From contig DCJV01000105.1 in NCBI GenBank assembly GCA_002320555.1, forward strand, positions 4,968 to 41,454: a stretch of DNA of 36,487 nt, given 5' to 3'. The notes under the pieces were generated by a model. The model had not been told where the DNA came from and ran no database searches. It saw only the letters and a program-made list of their open reading frames with translations. A program made the translations under genes and the position numbers. Shown piece by piece: positions 8,159-16,632 of this stretch (the stretch's first letter is position 1; every line of letters starts with the position of its first letter). This DNA comes from Ruminococcaceae bacterium UBA1691. Its GTDB lineage: Bacteria; Bacillota; Clostridia; Oscillospirales; Acutalibacteraceae.

Positions 8159-9376
8159 TCACTGCTTTGCATCCTCTTCTTCTTTGCCCCAGTTTTCGTC
8201 GTGATATCCGGCAGGATAATTCCAGCTGCGGCAAAGCTTTTCATACCGGGCATACGCCATACGGACGGCATCCTCCCACGAAAGGTAGATTTCCCTGCTG
8301 GCATTTTCACCAACCAGATGCAGTCTGTCTGGATCATTGAGCATGTGTTCCAGGGCCTTGGCGTAGTCTGCGGCATTTTCTTTGCTGAGATAACCGGTTA
8401 CGCCATCCTCGATCCCCTCTGCCGCGCAGCTGCCTTCAATCAGAAGGCTCGGGCAGCCGCAGGCCGCCGCCTCACGGACGACGAGCCCGTTGGTATCAAA
8501 GGTAGACGGGAAGAGAAACGCGTCTGCACGGCTGTAAAAGGCGCGCAGCTGCTCGCGGTCGCTGATTTTTCCTGAAAAGGTAACTTCTTTTGCAAGGCCG
8601 ATTTTTGCAGCATATTTTTCTACGGCACGCATGTCGGTACCCTTTCCGATCATAAACATATGGAAGGAGTGGCCGGAATCCTTATATATGCGCAAGGCGT
8701 CGAGCAGCAGGCGCAGGTTTTTATACCACATCATGCGGCCGACAAATAATAAGACCGGCACGTCGTCCCTCAGATGATATTGGGCTGTGACGGCGGAGGT
8801 ATCCACTTTTCCACGCGGGAAATCCACGCCGTTGGGCATGACGATATAATCACCTGTGTATCCCAGGGAACGCAGATTTTCTCCCGCACCTTCACTGACC
8901 ACCCACACCTCGTCCGCAATCTTGATATGATTGACAATAAAGCGAATAAAAAAATCCTGCAGCGGCTTTGTGGGAGCCCGTTTGCGAATATCGTAATCAT
9001 ATTTGGTGTGATAGGTCGCAACAATCGGGATTTTCTGCTCCTGCACAATCAGCTTTGCAAAATGTGCGGAGGCGAGAGGGCAGTGGAAATGCAGGATATC
9101 CAGCTTTTTGCTGCGCACGTAATTACGGAATTCATGCTTAAAGGGCCAGCCGAACCGGTATTCATCCTTTTTGCTCAGTGGAAAAGATTTGTAGCGATAA
9201 ACCTCATATGGATAGCCTACATCCTTTACGCCGGGTACACGCGGGGTTATTACCATGACTTCGCCGAGTTTTTCCTGAATGATATTGGCGTAATTCAATG
9301 TCGCCGTTGATGTGCCATCAAGCGTAGGCGGGAACGCATCGTTCATCAATCCAACCTTGAGCCTCAGTGTCCTCAC
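8159..9376 (-). CDS. Glycosyltransferase family 4 (GT-B, group 1)
   Basis: The N-terminus is of the Glyco_transf_4 type (NDAFPPTLDGTSTATLNYA). The C-terminus has the E-X7-E-like region FLFPSTFDTNGLVVREAAACGCP. GTG start with AAGGAAG SD. Confidence 0.85.
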   Translation of the reverse strand: MRTLRLKVGLMNDAFPPTLDGTSTATLNYANIIQEKLGEVMVITPRVPGVKDVGYPYEVYRYKSFPLSKKDEYRFGWPFKHEFRNYVRSKKLDILHFHCPLASAHFAKLIVQEQKIPIVATYHTKYDYDIRKRAPTKPLQDFFIRFIVNHIKIADEVWVVSEGAGENLRSLGYTGDYIVMPNGVDFPRGKVDTSAVTAQYHLRDDVPVLLFVGRMMWYKNLRLLLDALRIYKDSGHSFHMFMIGKGTDMRAVEKYAAKIGLAKEVTFSGKISDREQLRAFYSRADAFLFPSTFDTNGLVVREAAACGCPSLLIEGSCAAEGIEDGVTGYLSKENAADYAKALEHMLNDPDRLHLVGENASREIYLSWEDAVRMAYARYEKLCRSWNYPAGYHDENWGKEEEDAKQ

Positions 9377-9581
9377 CGCTTCCTTTTTGTCTTCATTTAA
9401 TATATTTTATCATACAACAACGCGTGGGAAAACGCAAATATTTCTTCGCGTTCGAAAGGGTCTTTAGAGATAAAAATCAGAGGGAAGGATCGGATCTGAA
9501 CGCCTTCAACAAAAAGGATTTCTGTTTTCAGCTGTAATCGAAATTTTTAAAAAGTTTATCAAAGAAAATCCAATGTAGGTA

Positions 9582-9610
9582 TTGGAACTTTTGAGAGAAT
9601 GCTTTATAAT
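9582..9610 (+). promoter_or_regulatory. Candidate sigma-A promoter for hprK (TTGGAA-17-TATAAT)
   Basis: The hexamers are at 9582-9587 and 9605-9610 with 17-nt spacing, about 100 nt upstream of the hprK ATG. Confidence 0.45.
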
Positions 9611-9707
9611 GGACCATGCAGCCATTTACAGAATGAAGGACTGTGTGAAAATCAGGAAGAAGACGGCGGCGGAGCGATAGATCCGCCGGGTCGGAAAGGA
9701 CGCGATT

Positions 9708-10676
9708 ATGAGTTCCAAATATTCCGTTTCCCTTGAAAAGGTGATCCGGGACCATTCCCTGGAGGCACTGTATTTGCCCAAGGCCGCGTCTGACCTTTAT
9801 ATTTCGTCTTATGATGTGAACCGTCCCGGGCTGATTCTCACGGGCTATAATGATTATTTCGATCCCAGCCGCGTTCAGTTTCTCGGGTTGACGGAGCTTG
9901 CTTTTCTCGATAGCCTGTCTCCGGAGGAGCGCGCGAATCGTGTGGAAAATTTTATGCGCCGCCAGCCCTGCGCAGTGGTAATTACCCGCAATCTCGAATG
10001 CCCCGCAGTCTTGATGGAAAACGCCCACAAGTATGAGGTCCCGTTGCTGCGCACCTCGGAGACGACCTCCAGCTTCATGTCTGCGCTGATTTCCTATCTG
10101 AACGTGGAGCTCGCCCAGCGGGTAACGCGCCATGGCGTGCTCGTGGAGGTCGCGGGCGAAGGTGTACTGATCTTGGGAGACAGCGGCGTGGGCAAAAGCG
10201 AGACCGCAATTGAGCTGATCAAGCGCGGCCATCGCCTGATTGCGGACGACGCCGTCGAGATCCGCCGGGTTTCCTCACGCACGCTGGTCGGCTCCGCGCC
10301 GGATAATATCCGCCATTTCATCGAGTTGCGCGGTGTGGGAATCATCAATGCCCGTCGTATTTTCGGCATGGGCGCCGTGAAGATGACGGAAAAAATCGAT
10401 ATGGTCATTCAGCTGGAGCCATGGGACAGTGAAAAGGTGTATGACCGGATGGGGCTCGATAATGAGTTCACCACCATCCTCGGCATCAGCGTCCCGGCGG
10501 CGGTGATTCCTGTGAAGCCGGGCCGGAATCTCGCGATTATCATTGAGGTCGCCGCAATGAACAACCGTCAGAAAAAGATGGGGTACAATGCGGCGCGGGA
10601 ATTGCTGCACAATCTCGGCATGGACGATGGCAGCGAGCCTGATTCTCCCGACATGGAGGTCTGGCAGCGCTTTTAA
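9708..10676 (+). CDS. hprK: HPr kinase/phosphorylase
   Basis: Walker A GDSGVGKSETAIELIKRGHRLIADD and the signature LRGVGIINARRIFG are present. Confidence 0.95.
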   Translation: MSSKYSVSLEKVIRDHSLEALYLPKAASDLYISSYDVNRPGLILTGYNDYFDPSRVQFLGLTELAFLDSLSPEERANRVENFMRRQPCAVVITRNLECPAVLMENAHKYEVPLLRTSETTSSFMSALISYLNVELAQRVTRHGVLVEVAGEGVLILGDSGVGKSETAIELIKRGHRLIADDAVEIRRVSSRTLVGSAPDNIRHFIELRGVGIINARRIFGMGAVKMTEKIDMVIQLEPWDSEKVYDRMGLDNEFTTILGISVPAAVIPVKPGRNLAIIIEVAAMNNRQKKMGYNAARELLHNLGMDDGSEPDSPDMEVWQRF

Positions 10677-10815
10677 AAGCCCTTTCGCGCGGGTGCATGG
10701 GGAAAATCCTTATGCATATTCTGCCGTGGGATCTCCATACGTTCGCTCTTTTCTGGGCTTGCCCTGCAAGGCAGTTGAAATATCATATAGATTGGAACAA
10801 CGGAGGACTAGAAAG

Positions 10816-11763
10816 ATGTACAGAGTAGGCGTTGATTTAGGCGGTACAAATATCCGCTCAGGGGTGGTGGATGATCAATATCAGATGATCGGCACGGGAG
10901 AGTTGAAGACGAACGCACCCCGTCCGGCTGCGGAGATTTTTGACGATATCACGAAAACGGTGCACATGGCAGTTGAGGCGGCCGGGCTTACAATGGACGA
11001 TATTTCCTCTGTTGGCGTCGGCACGCCCGGTACGGTGAACAAGACGACCGGTTATATTGAATTCTCCAATAATTTGGATTTTCAGAATGTGCCCGCACAG
11101 GAAATGCTGCATGAGCGCCTTGGGAAGCCGGTCTATCTTGAAAACGACGCAAACTGCGCAGCCTTCGGTGAAGCAAAAGCAGGCGCGGGCGCGGGCGTGA
11201 AGGACTTTATCGCGATCACGCTCGGCACGGGCGTTGGAAGCGGCATCATCGTGGACGGACATATTCTCAACGGCGCAAACTTTGCTGCGGGTGAGATGGG
11301 CCATATGGTGATCGTTGTGGACGGCGAGCAGTGCAACTGCGGACGCCGCGGATGCTGGGAGCGTTATGCCTCCGCAACAGCCCTCATTGCGCAGACGAAG
11401 GATGAAATGCGCCATGCACAGGATAGTATGATGTGGGAGCTAGTTGATAATAATATTGATGCAGTCAGCGGACGGACGGCGTTTGACGCCATGCGCAAGG
11501 GCGACGCCGCTGCAAAGCGCGTGGTTGACCGCTATATCTACTATGTGGCCTGCGGCATCATCAATGCGATCAATATCTTTCAGCCTGAAATCATCTGCGT
11601 GGGCGGCGGAATCGGTCATGAACGTGAAACGCTGCTCGAGCCTCTTCGCCAGCACATCCGCCGCGAACGCTACAGTATGTATGCCACGAAGCAGACGCGG
11701 CTCTGCTCTGCGGAGCTTGGCAATGACGCGGGCGTGATCGGCGCCGCACTGTTGGATCATTAA
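10816..11763 (+). CDS. glcK: ROK-family glucokinase
   Basis: MYRVGVDLGGTNIRSG start. The ROK Zn motif is GHMVIVVDGEQCNCGRRGCWE. GGAGGA SD at 10803-10808. The ORF-track extension from 10588 is rejected. Confidence 0.9.
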   Translation: MYRVGVDLGGTNIRSGVVDDQYQMIGTGELKTNAPRPAAEIFDDITKTVHMAVEAAGLTMDDISSVGVGTPGTVNKTTGYIEFSNNLDFQNVPAQEMLHERLGKPVYLENDANCAAFGEAKAGAGAGVKDFIAITLGTGVGSGIIVDGHILNGANFAAGEMGHMVIVVDGEQCNCGRRGCWERYASATALIAQTKDEMRHAQDSMMWELVDNNIDAVSGRTAFDAMRKGDAAAKRVVDRYIYYVACGIINAINIFQPEIICVGGGIGHERETLLEPLRQHIRRERYSMYATKQTRLCSAELGNDAGVIGAALLDH

Positions 11764-11937
11764 AGCCGCCATGTGACGGTTGTACATGGGCCGGAGCTTC
11801 CTCCAGTTACCTTTGTCAAATCAATGCCTGTCCTGTCCGGTTGTGTCGGGGATGTAAAAAGGCCAAATATCAAAGCTCATTCGCCTTCCCGTTTCTTTGA
11901 TTGCGGGGAGGCGAATTCGGAAGGGTATGAGAAATGC

Positions 11938-12846
11938 ATGAACGGACTCGATGCGGTTTGGGAGCTTGCGTGCGCCCTTGACTGCCCTGTAAAAAGAAAT
12001 GCTTCGATGAAGGAGTACACCTCCTTTCGGACAGGGGGATCGGCAGATATGCTTGTCGAACCTCGCAGCGAAGAGCAGCTTTCGCAGCTTCTGCGCTGCT
12101 GTGACGCGCAGGAGATACAGCCCGTTATATTGGGCAATGGGAGCAATGTTCTGGTTTCCGATGATGGGATTCGGGGCCTTGTTTTATGTTTGGCACCGGG
12201 CTTGGATTCGCTCGCGGAACAGGATGGCGTGATCACCTGCGGGGCGGGCGTCAGCATGACCCGCCTGTGCCGGTTTGCGCTGGAAAAGGGGCTGACCGGC
12301 CTTGAATTTGCCTTTGGTATTCCCGGCAGTGCGGGCGGAGCGGCCTTTATGAACGCGGGCGCTTACGGCGGGGAGATGAAGGATGTTTTGATCGGATGCA
12401 CGCATTTGACACAGAGCGGGGAGCGGGGCAGCCTCATGGGAAATGCGCTGGCCCTTGGATACCGCCATAGTGCATATCGGGAGAATGGCTTCCTGATCAC
12501 TTCGCTGATGATTCGTCTCGCACCAGGAGATAAAGCTGCGATCCGGGCCCGGATGGAAGAGCTGATTGGGCGGCGCAAGGCCAAGCAGCCGCTGGAATAT
12601 CCCAGCGCGGGAAGTACCTTTAAGCGGCCGGAGGGCTATTATGCAGGCGCTTTGATTGAAAATTGCGGATTGAAGGGAAAATCGGTCGGCGGTGCGCAAG
12701 TCAGTGAAAAGCATGCGGGCTTTGTGATCAATACTGGAAACGCATCCTCATCTGATATTCTCGAGTTGATTCGGTTGATTCAGGATACGGTTTATCGGGA
12801 AAAGGGCGTTCGTCTGGAGCCAGAGGTCCGTTTTCTTGGATTTTGA
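11938..12846 (+). CDS. murB: UDP-N-acetylmuramate dehydrogenase
   Basis: Motifs YTSFRTGGSADMLVEP, GNGSNVLVSD, GSAGGAAFMNAGAYGGE and SAGSTFKRP are present. The start is taken at the internal ATG 11938. Confidence 0.92.
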   Translation: MNGLDAVWELACALDCPVKRNASMKEYTSFRTGGSADMLVEPRSEEQLSQLLRCCDAQEIQPVILGNGSNVLVSDDGIRGLVLCLAPGLDSLAEQDGVITCGAGVSMTRLCRFALEKGLTGLEFAFGIPGSAGGAAFMNAGAYGGEMKDVLIGCTHLTQSGERGSLMGNALALGYRHSAYRENGFLITSLMIRLAPGDKAAIRARMEELIGRRKAKQPLEYPSAGSTFKRPEGYYAGALIENCGLKGKSVGGAQVSEKHAGFVINTGNASSSDILELIRLIQDTVYREKGVRLEPEVRFLGF

Positions 12847-12867
12847 TGCCCAAGGAGAGGAAAAGTA

Positions 12868-13725
12868 ATGGATTTCATTATTATTACCGGTATGTCCGGA
12901 GCAGGAAAGTCCCGTGCGGTGGATGCGCTGGAGGATATCGGATTTTTTTGCGTTGACAATATTCCCCCGAAGCTCATCCACACCTTTGCACAGCTGATTC
13001 TCCAATCGCAGGAAAAACGGGACAAGGTTGCAGTTGTGACCGATATCCGGGCTGGAAATTTTTTTGACGATTTTCTCGAGTCGCTCGGTGAACTGAAGGC
13101 GATGGGGTGTGATTACAAGCTGCTTTTTATTGAGGCAAGCAATGAAATTATCCGCCGCCGGTATAAGGAGACGCGCCGGAAGCACCCTCTTTCGGACAAG
13201 GCCAAGGGCTCCATTGATGATGCGATCAATGCGGAGCGAATGATTCTGGCACCGGCCCGCCAGCGCGCGGATTATATTGTCGATAGTTCGCAGTATACAA
13301 CCACACAGTTCCGTGAACGAATTGCGAGCATGTTCCTGGAGGATTCCTCACGGATTATGCAGATTCACTGTGTATCCTTTGGCTTTAAATATGGGATTCC
13401 CAACGAATCGGATCTGGTTTTTGACGTGCGCTGTCTGCCAAATCCGTTTTATGTGGATGAGCTCAAAGGCCATACCGGTCTCGAGGCGCCGGTGCGGGAT
13501 TTTGTCATGAAATGGCCGCAAGCGCAGGGCTTGGTTCCAAAGCTCTTGTCCTTGGTTGACTATCTGGTTCCGCTTTACCGCAATGAGGGAAAAAGCCAGC
13601 TGGTCATCGCGGTAGGCTGCACGGGTGGAAGGCATCGCTCGGTTGTGTTTGCGGAGCTTTTATCCGAACATTTTGCAAAGCAGGGCTTGCGCGTCAGTAT
13701 TCAGCATCGGGATATCAAAAAATAG
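12868..13725 (+). CDS. rapZ: RNase adapter / nucleotide-binding protein RapZ (YvcJ)
   Basis: MDFIIITGMSGAGKSRAVDALEDIGFFCVDNIP and the C-terminal GCTGGRHRSV are present. Confidence 0.93.
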   Translation: MDFIIITGMSGAGKSRAVDALEDIGFFCVDNIPPKLIHTFAQLILQSQEKRDKVAVVTDIRAGNFFDDFLESLGELKAMGCDYKLLFIEASNEIIRRRYKETRRKHPLSDKAKGSIDDAINAERMILAPARQRADYIVDSSQYTTTQFRERIASMFLEDSSRIMQIHCVSFGFKYGIPNESDLVFDVRCLPNPFYVDELKGHTGLEAPVRDFVMKWPQAQGLVPKLLSLVDYLVPLYRNEGKSQLVIAVGCTGGRHRSVVFAELLSEHFAKQGLRVSIQHRDIKK

Positions 13726-13734
13726 GACGGGCTT

Positions 13735-13771
13735 CACATCAGGGCATAGGCCCTGATGTGGTTTCTGTTTT
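13735..13771 (+). terminator. Strong hairpin plus T-tract between rapZ and whiA
   Basis: An 11-bp perfect stem (CACATCAGGGC / GCCCTGATGTG) with a 4-nt loop is followed by GTTTCTGTTTT. It ends 28 nt before the whiA ATG. Confidence 0.55.
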
Positions 13772-13798
13772 CATATGAGAGGGATAGGGAAAGCGATT

Positions 13799-14740
13799 AT
13801 GTCATTTTCGTCACAAGTAAAAGCAGAGCTTGCTTCTGTTGAAAACACGCCTTGCTGCATGCATGCGCAGACTTATGGATTGCTTTTATTCAGCAGGGCC
13901 TTTTCTTTTTTCGATATTTCCATGCAGACGGACACGGAGCTCATTGCGCGGCTGTATTGCGACGGGATATTGCGGGAAACGGGCATTGAAGCGCAGATGT
14001 CGCAATCTGCGTCTGGAAAATTCAAGGTATGCGTCCGCACGGCGGCCCAGCGGCAGCAGGTGATGTCCGCCTTCGGGCATGAGAAGGGCGAGCTCGTCTT
14101 ACGGCTCAACCGGGCAAATCTCACCGGGGAGTGCTGCATGGCATCATTGCTGCGCGGCGCTTTTCTGGCTTGCGGGACGCTGACGGATCCGGAGAAGGAT
14201 TACCATCTGGAATTTGTCGTTCCTTACCGATACATCAGCCGCGATCTGGCGAAGCTGCTGGATGAATTATCCCTCGCGCCAAAGCAGCTGGAGCGCAAAG
14301 GAAGCCATGTCGTTTATTGTAAGGATAGCGAGCGTATTGAAGAAACCTTGACTCTTATGGGCGCACAAAACGCGGTGCTGGAGCTGATGGGTGTGAAAAT
14401 GTATAAAGACATGCGCAATAATATCAACCGGAAGACCAATTTCGAGACCGCGAATATTTCCCGCACCGCAAATGCGGCGGCGGAGCAGGTTTTTGCCATC
14501 GAAACAATCCGCGACCATGCCGGTTTGGAATCTCTGCCGGAAGAGCTCAAAGAAATTGCACTCCTTCGTCTGGAAAATCCGGAAATGAGCCTGCGGGAGT
14601 TGGGAGAGGCGCTTTCCGAGCCGATTTCCCGCTCAGGCGTCAACCATCGTCTCCGACGGCTGGTCTCCATCGCACAGGAGACAAACCCCGGCCTGTTTGA
14701 GAAAAAGACGGAGAAGGATAAAATGAAAGACGCTCCTTGA
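13799..14740 (+). CDS. whiA: DNA-binding sporulation/cell-division regulator WhiA
   Basis: MSFSSQVKAEL start. It has LAGLIDADG-like domain blocks and a C-terminal HTH (MSLRELGEALSEPISRSGVNHRLRRL). Confidence 0.93.
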   Translation: MSFSSQVKAELASVENTPCCMHAQTYGLLLFSRAFSFFDISMQTDTELIARLYCDGILRETGIEAQMSQSASGKFKVCVRTAAQRQQVMSAFGHEKGELVLRLNRANLTGECCMASLLRGAFLACGTLTDPEKDYHLEFVVPYRYISRDLAKLLDELSLAPKQLERKGSHVVYCKDSERIEETLTLMGAQNAVLELMGVKMYKDMRNNINRKTNFETANISRTANAAAEQVFAIETIRDHAGLESLPEELKEIALLRLENPEMSLRELGEALSEPISRSGVNHRLRRLVSIAQETNPGLFEKKTEKDKMKDAP

Positions 14741-14789
14741 AGCTTTGGCAGAGTTCGCACGTGGCGCTTTTGCCGATGAGAGGTCAAGC

Positions 14790-14912
14790 ATGATAAAATG
14801 GCCTATAGGATTCTCAACCGTTTGTTTTGACACGGAATTGTATCCAGAGGTGTGTTGGTTTTTGCCGGCATTTACAGAAATTCTGTGGAGAAATAACGGG
14901 AAAATAAAATAA
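14790..14912 (+). CDS. Candidate 40-aa small ORF (MIKWPIGFSTVCFDTELYPEVCWFLPAFTEILWRNNGKIK)
   Basis: The ATG is preceded by GAGAGG at 7-nt spacing. The ORF lies between the whiA stop and the whiA terminator. I recognise no homolog. Confidence 0.2.
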   Translation: MIKWPIGFSTVCFDTELYPEVCWFLPAFTEILWRNNGKIK

Positions 14913-14913
14913 A

Positions 14914-14967
14914 ACAGGGCGGCTAGGCAGTGATTTGGGGGATCACACACAGCCGCCCCGTTTTATT
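14914..14967 (+). terminator. Terminator downstream of whiA
   Basis: The GGGCGGCT / AGCCGCCC stem has a nested GTGAT/ATCAC hairpin and is followed by TTTTATT. Confidence 0.6.
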
Positions 14968-15084
14968 CCCCTTGAAAAGAGTGGACGAATCCGAAAAAAA
15001 CAGGTAGAATAGAAACCGAAAACAATCAGAATGCCAACGGTTATTAAGAAACATCGTTAGAATACGGAAATGAGGTTGGAAATC

Positions 15085-16617
15085 ATGACAAACGAAATGC
15101 TGATAAAAGAATGGAGGCAATTCAAAAGCGGAACGGATATCCGAGGTGTCGCGATGGAGGCGCCGGGAGGAGAGGCAGTCAATCTGACGGACGAGGCTGT
15201 ATACCGCATGGCAATGGGCTTTGCCTGCTGGCTGAATCACCGGATGAATAAGGACAGCTTTACGGTCGCGGTGGGCCATGATTCCCGCCTGTCCGCCGAA
15301 CGGATAAAGAAGCAGGTGATCTCGGCCCTGACAGACGCCGGCTTCGCAGTGAAGGACTGTGGCCTGTCCTCCACGCCTGCGATGTTTATGACAACGGTGC
15401 AGCTTGGCTGCGACGCCGCGGTTCAGATCACTGCAAGCCATCATCCGTGGCAGCGCAACGGCCTGAAATTTTTTACGCGCGGCGGTGGGCTGGAAGGCGC
15501 AGATATCGAAGCGATTCTTCTCTATGCGCAGAAGGAAGAGAAAATCCCGGCTGCCGGGCCAGGGCCTGTGGAGCAGGTCAATTTTATGAATGATTACGCC
15601 GCCTCCCTCCGGGAGACGATCTGCCGCGGAGTGAATGCAGATGACTACGAGCGGCCTCTGCGCGGCTACAAAATCGTTGTGGACGCAGGCAACGGCGTGG
15701 GCGGCTTCTATGCAGAAAAGGTTCTCGCGCCCTTGGGTGCTGATATCACGGGCAGCCAGTTCCTTGAACCGGACGGCCACTTTCCAAATCACATTCCCAA
15801 TCCGGAAAACGAAGCGGCGATGCAAAGCATCTGCAAGGCAGCGCTTGCAAATCACGCAGACCTTGGCGTGATCTTTGATACGGATGTCGACCGCGCGGGC
15901 TGTGTGGACCGCAACGGCAAGGAGATCAACCGCAACCGTCTCGTCGCGCTGGCCGCCTGCATTGCACTTGAGGGCAACGAGGGCGGAACAATCGTAACAG
16001 ATTCCATCACCTCCAGCGGATTGAAAGAATTTATTGAAAAAGACCTTGGCGGGAAGCATCACCGCTTTAAGCGCGGCTATAAGAATGTGATTGATGAGGC
16101 GCAGCGGCTCACCGCGCAGGGGATCAATACCCCGCTCGCGATTGAGACCTCCGGTCACGCGGCCCTGCGGGAGAATTATTTTCTCGATGACGGTGCCTAT
16201 CTGATGACCAAAATTATCATTAAGATGGCGCAGCTCGGCAAAACCGGGAAGCATCTCGAAGACCTGATCGCCATGCTGGAAGAGCCGCTGGAAAGCAAGG
16301 AATTCCGGATGCCAATCACCTGCGAGGATTTTAAAACGTATGGTGAGAGCGTGATCGAAAAGCTTATGCAGTACGCGGAAAGCCAGCCTGCATGGCAGGT
16401 TGCCCCCGATAATTATGAGGGAATTCGCGTCTCATTGGACCACGAAAACGGAGACGGCTGGTTTCTGCTGCGCCTGAGCGTGCATGATCCGATCATGCCG
16501 CTGAATATTGAAAGCGATTCCATGGGCGGCGTGATGATGATTGCGCATCAGCTATACAATGTGCTGAAGGATTGCGGCGAGCTGGACATCGAGCCGTTGA
16601 AAAAGTTTATGGAATAA
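15085..16617 (+). CDS. Phosphoglucomutase/phosphomannomutase family (alpha-D-phosphohexomutase)
   Basis: SGTDIRGVA near the N-terminus, active-site loop TASHHPWQRNGLKF, metal loop FDTDVDRAG and ETSGH are present. Start ATG 15085 with GAGG at 15072. Confidence 0.9.
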   Translation: MTNEMLIKEWRQFKSGTDIRGVAMEAPGGEAVNLTDEAVYRMAMGFACWLNHRMNKDSFTVAVGHDSRLSAERIKKQVISALTDAGFAVKDCGLSSTPAMFMTTVQLGCDAAVQITASHHPWQRNGLKFFTRGGGLEGADIEAILLYAQKEEKIPAAGPGPVEQVNFMNDYAASLRETICRGVNADDYERPLRGYKIVVDAGNGVGGFYAEKVLAPLGADITGSQFLEPDGHFPNHIPNPENEAAMQSICKAALANHADLGVIFDTDVDRAGCVDRNGKEINRNRLVALAACIALEGNEGGTIVTDSITSSGLKEFIEKDLGGKHHRFKRGYKNVIDEAQRLTAQGINTPLAIETSGHAALRENYFLDDGAYLMTKIIIKMAQLGKTGKHLEDLIAMLEEPLESKEFRMPITCEDFKTYGESVIEKLMQYAESQPAWQVAPDNYEGIRVSLDHENGDGWFLLRLSVHDPIMPLNIESDSMGGVMMIAHQLYNVLKDCGELDIEPLKKFME

Positions 16618-16632
16618 AAAGTTGGTCGGAAA

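Noticed and set aside
10588-10815. An N-terminal extension of glucokinase in the ORF track (and similarly 11773-11937 for murB, 18395-18490 for the MBL gene, and 30941-31027 for eno).
   Set aside because: The extensions overlap upstream genes or lack SD sequences. Internal ATGs with good SDs give N-termini that match the family consensus.
14923-16254. A 443-aa ORF on the minus strand, the longest non-annotated ORF in the track.
   Set aside because: It is fully antisense to the phosphohexomutase gene, whose frame carries clear family motifs. The antisense translation is Arg/His/Cys/Ala-rich with no recognisable motif, which is typical of shadow ORFs in GC-rich coding DNA.
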